The notes: generated by a model from the letters alone, not told the origin. DNA of 60,224 nucleotides, filler included, from Hausera hauseri (GCA_046269625.1; 12 parts of 12 records of this genome joined end to end with filler, not necessarily neighbours in it); one strand, 5' to 3'. Shown: positions 39,030 through 53,559, counted from the first letter of the whole stretch. Made by a program: numbers and translations.

Positions 39030-42000
39030 ACTCACTCTTATTTCGCCGGTTGATAGCCGTTGCTCCTCTGGTACCTCGTCCTCTTCGTGTACCTCTGTAT
39101 CATCCTGTGAATATTGATGGTCGTTTTTGATACTTTTCGACACGACCGTTGCAGCCTGCTCCGAATTCATCGCGTCATTCCGTGGCATTCTCGATCATTT
39201 GATATCCACCATGTTTTTTTTATTATTCTTTCATCGCTAATGCTTTTTAATCTGTACGCATGTTTTCTCAGTTTCCTGATCACCGTATATGGCCCTTCGT
39301 ATTTCGGGACGTCGATTCCTCTGATTCGAGATAATATTCTAGCCAGTACAATATCAGCAAAAGCCTGTTGTTACCGGCTTTCTCCGTTCGTGCTTAGCCT
39401 TGATTTGTTGAATAATACTTGTAACCTTTTTTGAAGATCTGTGACATAGTTGCTATGGTTTTCCTCTTTTACTGGAATTACTTTCTTTTCCGAAAAGACG
39501 GACTTCATCTTTCGACCAAATATCATCGCGAATGTTGAGAATCAAGTACTTTAGCAAATGGCATTTTTCAGTCAGAATTCAGCAATGGGAATTGCTTCTT
39601 CCTACTCACAACTGGAAGACTTTGCTGTTGTGTAAAACATATCTTTCACTGTGCCGAACAATCTCTCAATCACCCCGTCACCCTGGGAATATTTTGGTGA
39701 GCTCTGGGATTTTCTTATTCCAAGAAGTGCACGTAGTTCATGTAAGATCTCGTTCTCGAAGGAAGCAGGGATTCCAAATTGTGGGATCCACTTGTTGAAT
39801 ACTGATGTGCATATCATTTAGATAGTTATATTCTTCAGCTGTATCAGCATTGGGTATTTTAAAAAGTTATCGATGATTCCCAAAATATCCATTTCTGCTT
39901 TCTGGAAGAGGTCACGTTACATCGATTGATATTGTTTCAAAGGGATACCCAGCGTTTAAAGATCCATGTGTCCTATTTTTGTTTGGCCGTTGATTATTAT
40001 GGACTTGGCACCCTTTACATTTTCCTATTTTTATTCTAACATCAAAGGACATACTTGACCAATAGAATTTCTCCTTTAAAAGAGCTGTCGTTTTGCTGAT
40101 TCCGATATGTCCATGTAACATATGAGCATGGTCTATGGTTTCATACCTTCTGTTTTTGGCAATAGAAGTTTATAGTCTACATTGTGAATTACGTATATAC
40201 CGCAAAGCTCCTCTAAATCGCAAGTCCTTCCGATTTCGCTATAGCGTCTGGGCTTCTCTATCTGCCTTATAGAATTCTCCCAGATACCGATCTTCAATGT
40301 TTCTGTCTTTCATTAGTTTGATTATCAACACAAGATTATCATCATCCATCTGACAGACGTTCTCTTCTTCCATTACCATACAACGGCAATAGACAACGGT
40401 TTTTTATTATTTTGATTTTCATTGTAGTATTTCACATTTCGTTTAGACTTAGGATTCTCGTAGTTCATTGCACATTATTGTCATTGTTCAGGGGCTTGGG
40501 ATAGAGCATCCGAATTCTTATGTTCTTCTCCTTTCCTGCATTGGATATCCATATCGAAAACACTTAATTCATTGAACCATGAACTAAATTGGCTCGTACT
40601 TGGTGTTTTCCTATTCATCATCCAGCATAGCACCTTGTGATTTGTTCTTATGAAAAATCTTCCAAACAAATAGTGTCTGGACATTTTTATGTATTTATAG
40701 ACACTTAGCAGCTCTTTTCTTGTCACACAGTAATGTTGTCCTGCTGTGTACAATTTATGTGAAGCGTAGGCTATTACTCTTTCACCTCCACTTTAAACTT
40801 GAGAAAGGATGCACCCAATGGTACTATCGCATGAATTCGTATCCAAAATAAATGGTCATGGCTATTTGGAACTGACAAAATTGGAGCTGATGTTAAACAT
40901 TGTTTTAAATGAAGAAAGCATTGAGTATATAATCTGACCATTGCAACGGATGCATTTTCCTTGTCTTTGTTTTATTCCAAATGTCTTTACACGGCTCTTC
41001 CAATGGCGCAACAATTTTGGCGTAATCTTTAATGTAATTCCGGTAATATCCACAAAGTCCAAGAAATTTCCTCATATCCTCTTGAGGCTGTGGCTGTGGC
41101 CAACTGTCTGACACTCTATGGCCTAGGTACCTTACATCATTTGCAAAGAAATGGCACTTTGCTGGTGCAATTCTTAAGCCAACTTCTTTGATTTTGGTTA
41201 GCACATTTCGCAGTCTGGCAAGATGTTCCTCCCGTGTCTTTCCAAAAACTAAGATATCATCCAAATATATTAAACATACCTTCCAGTCTTCCTCCTTCAA
41301 TATTTTTTTCATAACTCTGGAAAGTTGCCAAGCCTATTGGCAATCTCAAAAGCTCCAAATGTCATTTTCTCATACTAAAAGCTGCTTTCTCTTTGTCACA
41401 ATTTGCAAGATGTACGTTATAGTATCCTTCAGCCAAACCAATTGTGCTGAAGTTTCGATCCTCCTAAAGCATCTAAAAGTTGCTGCGTATCCGGAATAGG
41501 AAATGAAGGCACTTTTGTCTTTTTATTTAATCTCTGGTAATCCAATGTAAATCGAATGTTTCCGTCCTTCTTCGGCACAGTAACTGTAGTAGCGTTCTAC
41601 TCTGATACACTCAGTTGAATAATATTTTTTGTAGCAACTGTTCAACAAAATCATCGACTTTTCTTGGAGTGCAATAGGGATTCTCTTTGTCTGCTCCTGT
41701 ATTGGGCTATTATTTCATGCCAATCTTATATTATATTTAGACAAACTAAATGCATCTCTGAATTCTTTCACTAAGCTAGTAATTTCTATCATTCACACAT
41801 TGAAATAGGTTTAAAATACATTCAATTCCTGCAGCTACAGTCTGAGTCTCACAGGGAATATACTGCTTTCGACTCCTCAAACAGTGCCCTTTTAGTTTAA
41901 CTGATTTGTTGGGACTGTTGTGCCTGCATTTACATTAGACACAAAGGGAACAACTATTGCCCCACTATTAACACCATTATTATCGAGATCGAAATTTTAT

Positions 42001-42572
42001 TATTATTATCGAATCGACACTCTTCATATTTCTTATCCCAAGAATTATACCAGGGCTCAGACCATCCACAACTAAGAAGTTACAGGTTTTCAACTTAGCA
42101 CCTAATTGGGATACTTTTGCTCGTACGGGCACTGTAAATTCATCAGCACACCTGATTTTTCTGGGTGACTGTCGGGTTTTCAACGTGTTATCTAAGCCTT
42201 TCAACTTTTAAACATGTCTTTACTGATAGCGTTCACTTCGGCTCCTGTGTCTAATAAGATTTTTTCATTTTTCCCGTTGATCTGCCTGTAGAAGACTGGT
42301 TTGTTCCGGTCTTTTACAGTCTTGGTGATCTTTTTCTTTGCCGAAAAAGGATTTTCTTGGTTTCGTGTCGTTACATTTTCTTTCATCACTTTGGCGTACG
42401 ACTTCTTGGCATTTGAAAATTGACAAATACTCGGTTCTACGGTACTTGTTCCCGAATCTGTTTCACTCGATCACGTGAACTAATTTACGTTTTTCGTTTC
42501 AACAAAATTTCTCTATATGTCCCCTTTTGCAAACTAGGGACTTTTACAGTTCCTCAGAATGTGACTGCTGCT
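39030..42572 (-). mobile_element. Family C Ty3/Gypsy element, heavily decayed (gag knuckle-PR-RT-RH-INT)
   Basis: GHIEKFC knuckle (~42500), LLDTGAEVNAIS, CLIYLDDILVF, YCVTRKELL, HGHIG..KT, PQGDG-like/IERL, PKYEGPY (~39290). Confidence 0.9.
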
Positions 42573-42672
42573 NNNNNNNNNNNNNNNNNNNNNNNNNNNN
42601 NNNNNNNNNNNNNNNNTTAATTAATTAANNNNNNNNNNNNNNNNNNNNNNNNNNNNNNNNNNNNNNNNNNNN
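42573..42672. other. Artificial contig spacer
   Basis: 44 N + TTAATTAATTAA + 44 N. Confidence 0.99.
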
Positions 42673-43149
42673 AGTCATAGTGGTGGCGCCCGAGTCCGCG
42701 GCACCACAATTTGAGGATCTATTACAACTTCTAATGACAATGGATTGCTTACATTCTTCAGACACTGAGGTACTTTTGTTGTTACATTTACATGATGATG
42801 AAATCAAAAAACCCATTCGATTTTGCAATTGTTAAAAAATGATATGAACGAATAAACATATGAGCGCTATCTATTTTATGTTCATATTCAGAACAAACTT
42901 CAGAATTGTCGTCTTTAAATTCTCGTGTTAGCGGCTTAATGCCGTCATAGAAACTTTCGAGTTCCTTCAACAAATCTGCAGACTGTTTCATATTTTAGTA
43001 TGATGTACATTTGCATTTTTTGTGTGAATAAATGAATATTAATTATTGATAATACATGTTTTTTTTAATTTTTGAATAAAGGATAGAATAGTTGTTATTT
43101 CTTGAATGTACTTATCACCGTTTGAGCGTTTAATGTACAGAATCAAACA

Positions 43150-46100
43150 AACGTTTATCTCATTTTTAACGGATTTGTTCTCATCAACTTCAACGACCTA
43201 TCTTCTCATCATACATCTGCTTATACATCCAGCCCAGAATTCGTGGTGGCATGTTGTCTTCACCAACCAGTGACATCACAGATAAGGTCCGTTGTCTATT
43301 ATCCAAAATCAGCCAATAAAACTCTTTTAACTGCTTCTATCTCTTCACCTAAAACCACTTCTAATACTTTTCCCCAATGCACTGAATACTTTACCGACAA
43401 TAAAAACTCTAGTAAGACTTGATTTCACTTCCACCAGCTCTGGCTACAGTCTAATGGCATCACCGAACCGTTAGCCAAAGCCCACAATCTACTCTATCTA
43501 CTACCAAACGTAATAAAGACATGCGTTCATAACTTACTGAACATTTTTCAACTAACGGAACCGTCAATTGACTCGATCGTATAACAATTCTTTAATGAAA
43601 ATGCAATGGGCATTCAAAAACTTAATGATTCATTACGCACCTCTTTGGGTCATTTACGTAAACTTGGCGTTACCAAGGAACACAATCCGGATCTACTTCG
43701 CCGCTATTTTCTTAATGCTTTACCCATTCTAATTAGGTCTCTACTTATTGTCGTTGAGGATTCGACAGATTTAGATAAAGTAGCCGAATTGGCCGATAAA
43801 GCGCGTGAAGCTTTACAAATACAAGCACAGCCAATAATATCAACCACAATCAAAACTAGCGGCAATCAACTACATACACCTATAGAACAACAATTGAGCC
43901 AATTACGCGCCGAAAGTGCAGAACTACAACATACATTCCATAAAATTAATGATAAGCTGAGCGACCTTTTCTTGCAGCGACGGAGTGCTCCTGCTTTTTG
44001 TCACACGCGTACGGCCTCAAGAAATCGATCACCGTCGCCGGCGCGGTCATTTGTATGCTATTATCATAACAAATTTAATAACTAAGCTAATAAATTTTGT
44101 TGTTATCTACACTCAGATAACATTGTTTGCATCTATCATGCAAAATTTGGATATAATGCTCGGAAATGTATTTCAAGCTGTAACTATAAAAACAACGCTA
44201 ACTACATCAACGGCAGACGTTCTAGTTTCTCTAATAATAACCGCCTAAACTGGCCAATCAAAAGAACTGATTTCGTCGCCAGTACTCACGATAGAGTCTG
44301 GCAAAGGCAATTTACCTAATCCTTCTTGCCGACACATTTATTTTGCCGTCTTTACACCAAAAGCTGCAATCTCTACCCCGAACATTCAATCCATAGATTT
44401 TCTCATCGATACCGATGCAGTTATCTCATTACTACCACTTTCTTTTCCGGTTCAGCATTCTTCACTTAAAACAAAACCTTTATACATCGCTTCCGGTCAA
44501 CCCCCTCATATTTCCGGAACTTGCAAATTATCTTTCAATCTTCCACAATTTTCCTTAACATTTCATTGGAGGTTTACAGTCGCTAACGTTCAAACTGCAA
44601 TATTTGGCTCTGATTTCCTGTCGCACTATACTTTGCTAGTTGATTGTAAACAACGATGTCTGAAAATAAATACAACTGGAGACTGTAAAGCACGAACAGG
44701 CAGCATACTGACGACAGCGCAGCCGGTGGTAAGGAGAAAATCGATCCTAAAAAGGTCAATACCTCATTCTAATTCTCTTAACTATCATATTTTACTTCAC
44801 AAGTTTTTAAATATTGACGTTGATAGTCAGTCGAAGCTAAATGTTGATAACCATGATCTTGTCGCTTCTGTAAAATTACTGCACAAAAACACGTCCTTCA
44901 ATACCGTCTTTAACACTACCATTTTACATCAGATTCCACTAGATTTTGCACCAGCAAATAACCTACATTTATCAAGTACTGCTAACAACATCAGTTCATC
45001 GCCACCTCCAATGTTCTGGCAACTACCTGGAAGTTTGAAACAATTCATCAATACTTCTTGTCCTCGTATTCTTCAGAAATATCGGAAATCCATTTTTGAA
45101 AACGGCATCTGCCATTATATCATTACACAACACCAAAGACCCATTCGTCAAAAGGTTCGTCCATTATCACCTCACCGCAGGCAGGCAGTAGAAGCGGAAT
45201 TCTTAAATCTTGAACAATCAGGTACTGGTCATAGATCTAAATCCCCATGGTCTTCGTCTATCCACATTTCCATAAAAAGATGGATCCTTCGACCATGCGG
45301 CGACTACCGCCAGCTTAATACTTTAACCGTAATGGATGCACACTCACTACCATTGATTAAAGACATACTACACGGGCTTAATTCTACCACAGTTTATTCA
45401 ACCATTGATTAAGCCAAAGTGTACCGCCAAATTCCCGTCGCACCGGAAGACACCGACAAAACTTCAGTTACCACACCTTTCGGTTTTTGCGAGTACCTGT
45501 ACATGCCTTTTGGTCTTCGGAATGCTGCACAGACCTGTCAGAGACACGTCGATTCAATCCTTTCAGACTTTCCTTTTGCGCATCTATATATTGACGATAT
45601 CTTAGTTGCTTCTTCTTCTATCAAACAGCACGAACAACACCTACGCTCTATCTTCAAACGACTTAATCAGCACAATCTACAGATCGGTTTTGCATAATGT
45701 AACTTCTTCCAAAAACGCGTTAATTTTCTTGGACATATTATCTTATCAAACAGCCATTCACCTCAGCCTGATCAATTTAAGACTCTTAAAAACGTCCAAA
45801 TACCTAGGACAACCACAGAAATGCGCAATTTCCTCGGTACCTTACATTTCGTTCACAAATATGTTCCATACTGTTCGGAACTCACGGCACCTTTTGCCCA
45901 CTTAGGCGGAGGAAAAAACACCAGAAAATCCAGTGGACACCACAATTGGTCGATAGGTTCGATAGGCTACGCGAAGGACTAAAGACTATTGAAATACTAG
46001 CATTTCCTAAGCCTGATTCCGAGCTCATCTTAACCACAGATGCACCAACCATCGCAGTAGGCACCGTACTACATCAATTTTATAAAGGCGAAAATCAGCC

Positions 46101-46685
46101 TCTAGAATTCTTTTCAAGAACACTAACACCACCAGAAACTAGATATTCAACTTTCGATCGAGAACTACTGGCAATAGTTTTTGCCTTAAAGCATTTTTCC
46201 ACTTACTTACAGCTCGTCATTTCGTTATACAGACTGATCACTAACCTTGGATTAATATAATGGCAATGAAACACCTTCCACTAGACAAGAACGACAAATT
46301 TTATATTTTTCCATATTTAACTTCGACATTAAACACATTAACTGTGTTAACAATCTAGTTGCCGATTTTTTATCAAGGTCAGTTGGTTCAATCAATTTTA
46401 TGCCGATTTTCACTCACACACAACTTCAACAAAACCAAACATCTCAAGACATTATTAATTCTTCCAAATCTTGCAATATTGTAGACGGCATGGCCTTATG
46501 CACGTCCAAACCAGGAAAGTCTAAAATAATACTAGCACCTCCCTTGTAAAAACAAGCATTCAACAGCGTACATTCGCTACACCACCATGGTGCTAAGACT
46601 GCTTTTCTCTTACTCCAACGACATGTAGTTTGGCCGTCAATGCGTTTTGATGTGCAGAAATGGGTTAAGGAATGCATGGCTGGCC
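43150..46685 (+). mobile_element. Family A copy 3: UBL-gag, PR, RT, RH, start of INT
   Basis: YLIFNGFVL...PRIRGG-MLSSPT (43236-43253), LRRYFLNALP, two CHCC-type fingers, FLIDTDA, LYIDD, YSTFDRELL. Confidence 0.92.
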
Positions 46686-46785
46686 NNNNNNNNNNNNNNN
46701 NNNNNNNNNNNNNNNNNNNNNNNNNNNNNTTAATTAATTAANNNNNNNNNNNNNNNNNNNNNNNNNNNNNNNNNNNNNNNNNNNN
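46686..46785. other. Artificial contig spacer
   Basis: 44 N + TTAATTAATTAA + 44 N. Confidence 0.99.
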
Positions 46786-47179
46786 TCCATGATATTCTTA
46801 GAACTTTTCTGTAGCACTTTAATTCGAATGAGTTTACCTTTTCTTTATTGCTTGTATGTCATTGTCCACACGTTTTTTTATTATTTGCCAGATAAGTTCC
46901 ACAGGCATTTTGTCGTGGCGAGTTGTTTAAAACACCTTTTGAATTTGATACCTATCTGCTTGTCAAGGAGAGGAAACTCAGATGACAGTTTTATTCGCCG
47001 ACATGAGGAGGAGCAGAGAATTATTCAAATATATATGGGAAAAAAAACCTGTTTTGCAAGTACTGTCTACGGAACCTAATGCCCCCAGTGTCTGTCTTCA
47101 GTAAGATATACTTGATGCCATGGTCTGAGACTGTAGTTGTTTTTTTTTAATAGGAAAACATTTCAAATTTATGATCTAT

Positions 47180-47385
47180 CTTGTATGAAGCGGATCTCTA
47201 ATGGACGTACCTTTGTAAGTAAGCTGATTTCTAACGTACATGCCTTGTAGAGACCATCATTTCTAATGTATCCATTTTATAAGGAAGCTGATTTATAATT
47301 ACCATACTCTGTAGGTAAATTCACTTCTAATTTACGACGTACCTTGTAAAGAAGCTGACCTCTAATTTACGTACCTTGTAAGGAC
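47180..47385 (-). repeat. Degenerate ~33-bp minisatellite
   Basis: Unit approximately CTTACAAGGTACGT..ATTAGA..TCAGCTTC, about 6 copies. Confidence 0.75.
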
Positions 47386-47481
47386 AGTACAGATCAGCCA
47401 GTGTTAAAGACACACAGACGGCGCTGAGAACCAGTCTGAAGTACATTGTGGTGTTGATCAATTTCCTGACTTGAATCAAAA
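47375..47481 (-). CDS. Putative host exon encoding a signal peptide of a secreted protein (ATG 47446)
   Basis: Acceptor TTTTCTCTTTTGTGCTGTGCAG, MYFRLVLSAVCVSLTLADLYCPYK, donor AAG|GTACGT. Confidence 0.45.
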
Positions 47482-47849
47482 CTGCACAGCACAAAAGAGA
47501 AAACTCATTGACCCAGTCAGAAACAAACGATATTAATACAGTTAATAAATTATAATGTACTGATTTAACCAAGCCGAATCTTAAACCGTCTCATAGACAT
47601 CTTACTGTGCTATTATCTTATAGGTTTCCTAAAGCAAACGGTGTTTTAACGTTGTTTAACTGAAAGTTCAGTCGTCCTCAGTACTGCGTTTGCACGTTGC
47701 TACCAGATAACCTATAGTAAATACGAAACATTTCGACTGTTTTACACCGAACTTTAGCCTGACCGGTGTGTTGTGAAATATTATGCTCTTATCACGATGA
47801 CATGACTCCGTTAACTCTGACATCAAAAAACAAGAGAAGCAATAGCCCA

Positions 47850-49200
47850 TGATTTATCATAAAGAATCGATTTGTGGAAGGGGCGCTGAGTGATCTCGAA
47901 GTAAGGAGTATGCTTTGGGTGCTGGGGGTCCATAATCCATAAATGCCAGTAAGGAGTATGCTTTGGGTGCTGGGGGTCCATAATCCATAAATGCCCTGTT
48001 CGTGCCGTAGGAACTATAGAGATCTCGACAAAGAACATGAAATCAGTAGTACGGGTGAAGATCTATAAAGAATTTTGTCACCTGAGTTTTTGCAAGCCTT
48101 TCAGTCTAGCTTATTGTCCATTATGAACCACGAAATGATCATCCAAAGGTCACTTCGAAGATAATCGGCCAGCTCCGGAAATGAAGAGCGGCTGGTTTTA
48201 CTTGGGCAACACACTAGCAATGTCTCCCTTACACACAAATCTTCACAAGGTCAAATATGGCACACGACCTAATATATCAGTTTTATTTAAATGGTCACGG
48301 TACTTGCCCAATGCTCCAATTCCCGGACCATGGATCCCCCAGCGTATTCCTATTAAGCATTCCGATCAATTCTGGTTTACCACTGCCGTTATATCAGTGT
48401 TGAAGTGCTCCTTGTTGGCGACACCTCTTTTTATGCCCAGTGCAGATGAGGAAGTAATGTGTAATTCCTCTATGCGACATGTTTCCCTAAGAGCAGCCAT
48501 GACATCGGAGAGATATATTGCTTCTCCTGTTAAATAGCAATTTCTCTTATCAGTTCATGTACACGTACTTTTCCTATCATATCCACGTTCCCGGGCACAA
48601 ATGCCTCGTTAACGGTTACTGCCACTGTGTAAGCGCCTTGTTAATTAATTGACCCATCTCATCTTCATCATGGTCTCAAGCCGGACGTCTGTTACAATCT
48701 TCAAAATAACCCTACAGGTAATTTTAGACCAGGTTAGACAAGCCATTGGTATTAATGGGACCGATTGATTGTGTGAACACCCAACTGCTTGGTTTGACGT
48801 TACACTGGATCTTTCATGACTATTCTTGACGGTTTGATAACGCCGCCATGTAGACGAACCATATTTTGAGGTCAGAGGTGTTTTGTGTTTGGCACCCATA
48901 GTTGACCTGATATACAGTACTAAGGTTGACGAGTCATAGTCAGTCAAGATCCTCTGCCCACGTCCTCGTCCCCGGGAAACTGTAGGGAAACCTGTCGGCT
49001 AACGGGCGGAGGCTTGGGATGGTTCCCAGTTGTGTGGTGGATCATTTCTATTAGGCCAAGCATTGCACTAAAGCGCCTCGGTGGACCTACTAGGCAACCA
49101 AAGGGACAGCAGGAAAGCTCAGCTACCTTCCTCCATAATCCTTCTTAGGACTGCAACAGCCCTTTCCAGGCTCATACAGGAGAGCTGACGCCCTGTGATA
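47850..49200 (-). mobile_element. Possible highly decayed LINE (RTE-like) 5' region / AP endonuclease
   Basis: Broken frames give GTW..., HELIRE, DVMAALRET, KRGVA and LWIM..QHPKH, loosely in AP-endonuclease motif order. Confidence 0.3.
47900..47995. repeat. Perfect 48-bp tandem duplication
   Basis: AGTAAGGAGTATGCTTTGGGTGCTGGGGGTCCATAATCCATAAATGCC x2. Confidence 0.95.
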
Positions 49201-50639
49201 TGGGGATCAAACACAAGAAACTGTATTTTAATTCCCCAAAACGAGACTACCTGCATATACTGATCTTCCAGGTAATATTCAATATTCACGTCCACCTGGT
49301 GGTAACCTTAACGATTGTATACAGAACAAAATGATAGATAAATATATAATATTAACCCTTAAATTTGAAATGTTTAATTAATATAATCGTAAATTGTGCA
49401 AATTTAGGTTCCAAAAAATATCGAATTCAGTTTAGCAAAACAGTCAGAAGTTTTGATACTTATGTCAGCTGAAACAGAATGGAACGCGAAAGTTGATTTG
49501 GCTACGATCGATTTCCCTATGATATCTTCAGTTAACTAAAAAGTTTATTAATTTTGTACAGTGACAATTCATAAACCGTCCATGACACCGGTACATTTCG
49601 TTTAACATGTAGAAAAAGATACGATTAGAAACACTAATATAGGAGTGAGGAAGGCGAAATATGTATTTTAGAAAGACAGTATTGGGAAACTAATTTGCCA
49701 GCCTAAAGATGAAGCATGTGTTCAAGACATACTTGTTATACACCGGCATTATCATGAATAATTTCTTGGTATTGAAGTGAACACAAAACTGCGCAAATAG
49801 ATTTACAATTGTTTCAAGACAGTTTTTTGTTGGACTAACTTTTCGAGCCGAAGATAAACAAATATGACCAGAAAATAAGAAGTGATTGTATGATGTATTA
49901 GTGCATATATGTGCGACATTAATAAAAGTCACAGACAGTAAGGAAAAAAAATTGTTTAGAAAGTGTAACATCCAATCCGAGTTTTATACCGGACACAGCG
50001 GAAGTAGTCAGCGGGTGCGAGGTGTAATCACATATTTGCTTTGGTCAGTTTAATCGAAGAGTCAACATTTTCACACAGATGCCCAGCCCTATACGTGTTC
50101 CGTTCTCCTCCATTCTGGAAAATCTCAGCTCAGTGCACGAACTCCCCCCTCCCGCCTATATGTTGAGTAGATTTTTCCGAGAATTTTGCCTGGAAAGTGG
50201 TGAATACTTTTATTCGGTTTCAAACTGCCAAGGCGCTATTAATGTGCACGACAGCAGTGTAGGAGAGAAATAACGGGTATCATTTCTGGGGGTGGATGAT
50301 GGGGGAGGATATACCGTAAAGAAGGAAATATCCTCTCCCCCATCTGGGAGAGGACATCGAGGTAAGGGGGAGACTACTCTTTTGGAAATGTCTTTAAGGG
50401 GGAGATAAATCTTGTATATTTTTGTTTTAATTAGGTAAGGGAGGAGTAAGGGAAGATAATGTATGCAGAAGTTGCGCCCGTTTTCCCTCTCCTTCACTAC
50501 CAGTTGGAGGTGTATAATTGCGCGAGTTCTTTGTTGTTTTTTCTTGTAGCAAGTGTGTCAATACTTGTTATAGGGCTTATTAAGCTAGACAAGTGGTCAT
50601 CTGGGCCCACTGTGGCATCTTCTTCCTCTTCTGTGTCGT

Positions 50640-51167
50640 CCAATATGAGTCAATATTGTAATCATGTATCTTGGTAATGTTGGACTTGTAGTTGTATAGG
50701 GGACATGTTTATTGTTTTGTTCTATCAACATCATCATTGCAGTAATCATCATCATTCCTTGTTTTCAAATCAGCATCATCATCGTGTATCTTTAGTGTAC
50801 GGCTCGGGCTTGTAGTGTTGTAGTGATAGTTGTATAGGGAAAAAATAGTGTCTGGGACATGTTTCTTGGTAACGTTGTAGTGATAGAGAAATGTGGTGTT
50901 GGGGAAATGTCGCTTGTTCTGTTAGTAATCATCATCATCATCAGATGTCTTTAGTTGTAAACTTAATGGAAGTTCGATGGGTTTGGGGAAATGTTGCTTG
51001 TTTTGGGGACATGTTTCTTGTTTTGTGGTTTGTTGTTCTATTAGTTAACATTGCTTATTCTCTTCATCATCATTGCTTGTCTTCGAAACATCAGCATCAT
51101 GTGTCTTTTGGTCGGAAAGTTAACGGAAGTTCGCTGATTGGGGACATGTTGTTGGTTGTTTTGTGTC
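50640..51167. repeat. Low-complexity degenerate repeats
   Basis: Recurring GGGGACATGTTT and CATCATCAT motifs. Confidence 0.6.
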
Positions 51168-51267
51168 NNNNNNNNNNNNNNNNNNNNNNNNNNNNNNNNN
51201 NNNNNNNNNNNTTAATTAATTAANNNNNNNNNNNNNNNNNNNNNNNNNNNNNNNNNNNNNNNNNNNN
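51168..51267. other. Artificial contig spacer
   Basis: 44 N + TTAATTAATTAA + 44 N. Confidence 0.99.
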
Positions 51268-51763
51268 ACAATAAAATGGTGTGAGAATTAACGCAGTATC
51301 AACAACTGAATTTTATGGCAGTGAAAATTATTATTGTAAGGTACCTCTTAAATCATCGAATGCTTCAATGTCAGAAATTTTCCACGGATTGCAGCAATGT
51401 CCAGTTTATTCAACGAATAACATTTGGCGATTAAAATCGGTATTTTTTGCTATTTACATGCCGATGATAAAACACAAATTGCAACCTTTCTACGAACATT
51501 TCAAAATGAAACCACTAAATTAAGATGATAAACAAAATTCATTTCATATTTTCTGTCGTCAGCAATTCCTTGCTTGGTAACCTGTTGTTTTTGCGATTCT
51601 CAGTATTTGTAACGTCGGATTTCTCTTTGCTAATACCACCAACCAAACATTGTATGCCACGTTCAGTTTGCTTCTGCAACGATTTAAATTGGTTTTGTCG
51701 GAGATGAAAATACATCAAACTTTTGTAAATGATGGCCAAGCAGAAATGCATATTTAGTCACCG

Positions 51764-52054
51764 TTGGCGTCGTACTTTTCCATTGATGAACATACCAGTG
51801 TCATCAGTCTTGAAAAGCCGGTTGATAGAGAAACCGTTGGTGATACTGCCACATTTTTATCGGTCTTTTTGACACAGGAAATCCGCCTCAAAAGCCAGCA
51901 ATTATTAATAATTGTCACAGCTATAATTGATGATAACGATACACCTTCAAGATTTAAAAAAGATTTTTATACAAAGAATTTGTTTTTGCCTATTCATCCT
52001 GATGCTATCATTATTCAGCTTAGAATTAGTGATCCTAATGAAGATACAATGTAA
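51764..52054 (+). pseudogene. Cadherin-repeat fragment
   Basis: YFSIDEHTSVISLEKPVDRET...IIDDNDTPSRF...IIQLRISDPNE. Confidence 0.75.
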
Positions 52055-52609
52055 CAACAGCTCTAAATGGCTTGAAACAGTCGCAGAGTGCTTCAGTGCC
52101 CGCTACAGATGTTCGGCTGTCGTCTAGCGCGATTGGTGTCTACACTAAATTGGTGAACACAAACGACATTCCCGTCTACGGAGAATTTCTCATACATTTC
52201 AATAATTTAAATTTCAGCGAGAAATATTTTCTAGTTTTATTTCAATTTTCATGTTTATATTCGTTCTTAGCGTTATTATTGACAGATTATAAATTTCTAA
52301 TGTATATAATTGATGGTAGTAATCCTGAACAATTTTTGGATACGTCAGTAACAAGGTCATCATCAACCATGTCGACTCATAAATCTATTAAGTTTTTGCG
52401 ATGAGAAAGATAAGGATTGAGTTTTCGTTTATGGAAAACGACTTTCGTCCCAAGTATCCCCAAAGGAAACTGAATTCGTTGATGACGATGACAAAGTAAT
52501 CAGAACAAAACCTCGCAGACATTCTACAGCACAAATTAAAACACTGAGTAAACGAAAAATGACTCATTCATTATATGTGAACCTGAGAAGTTATGATTCC
52601 GATACTTTT

Positions 52610-53445
52610 GATGAAAATAGGTACTCGAGAACTCATGATATTTGGGAAGATGCGATCAGAAAAGCAATATAGCGAGAACATGTGCAAACAAACAATTGTC
52701 CAGGGGTCATTTATTTTCACAAGCCCGGATACATAATACATAATCCAGATTCCAGTTTTCGAAATTTTACCTCGAAAATTGAATGGTATTGGAAATACAA
52801 AATTTGGCTCATATTTTCGGAATCTCTGTCGACATGTGCCACTATCGCCAGTGTACTCGTGGTCTGGAGTGAGTTTATTTTTTGGGTATTCGCACCTATG
52901 TTTAGCTTGTTTGCTCTGTTACTAAAATCATCTGCAAAATATTTCATTTATGTTATGACTGTTACGATTTCCTTTTTATCCATCGGATATTTAAGTCTTC
53001 GTACTTATTTTACCGTACTCAAGTTAAAGATTTTCAATTATATCTGATTAGTTTCGAATCACCATACTGATGAGAATAGCTCAGTTTTTTCAAGAATGCT
53101 TTTGTGTCGTTTCACCCCTCCTTTTTGCCACAATTTTCTCGGATCAGTTTATTTGGACAGTCATCTTATAGGCGATCTCAATAATACGAACAATTCTACA
53201 ATTGAAACTGCTTACTCACCTCTCACGAGTCATATTGATTTGATTCCATTAATTGCTAGCGAATTCAAGCTATATTTTTCCTTTCTCATATTGATCTTAT
53301 GTATTCGTACATTATTTCACTTGTGCGATAGAATCATAAAGTTTATGGGTTTGAAAACGTTATGGAGCAGCCACAGTGATGATGTTGATTTCTATCTAAG
53401 TATTATCGATGACAGACGACTCCTGTTAAAAAATGAACGTCCTTT
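52610..53445 (+). pseudogene. LMBRD2: LMBR1 domain-containing protein 2 C-terminal fragment, disrupted, no introns evident
   Basis: IEWYW, SVLVVWSE, SLFA, T.FTVLKLKIFNY, HHTDENS, LCRFTPP.C.NFLG, ETAYS and LYF..LILILC match LMBRD2 motifs. Stops at ~52668 and 53045. Confidence 0.85.
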
Positions 53446-53559
53446 ATTGAAACAGAACATTTCTATCCATGGTCATATTTATAACTCTGCCATTACACCC
53501 ATTGACCTCTATTTGCTCACTCCAATCGTCCCACAACCGACTATCACCGCTACAAAACG

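Noticed and set aside
42680-42707. TGGCGCCCGA tRNA-Lys PBS-like motif in a small hairpin
   Set aside because: The match is only 10 nt, sits at a contig edge, is not preceded by an LTR CA end, and is separated from gag by unrelated AT-rich DNA.
50210-50497. PLPDGG as another UBL C-terminus
   Set aside because: No RGG, no RLIFAG-like strand and no downstream gag homology.
53067-53073. CTGATGA hammerhead ribozyme core
   Set aside because: It lies in LMBRD2 coding sequence (HTDE), with no supporting stems or GAAA.
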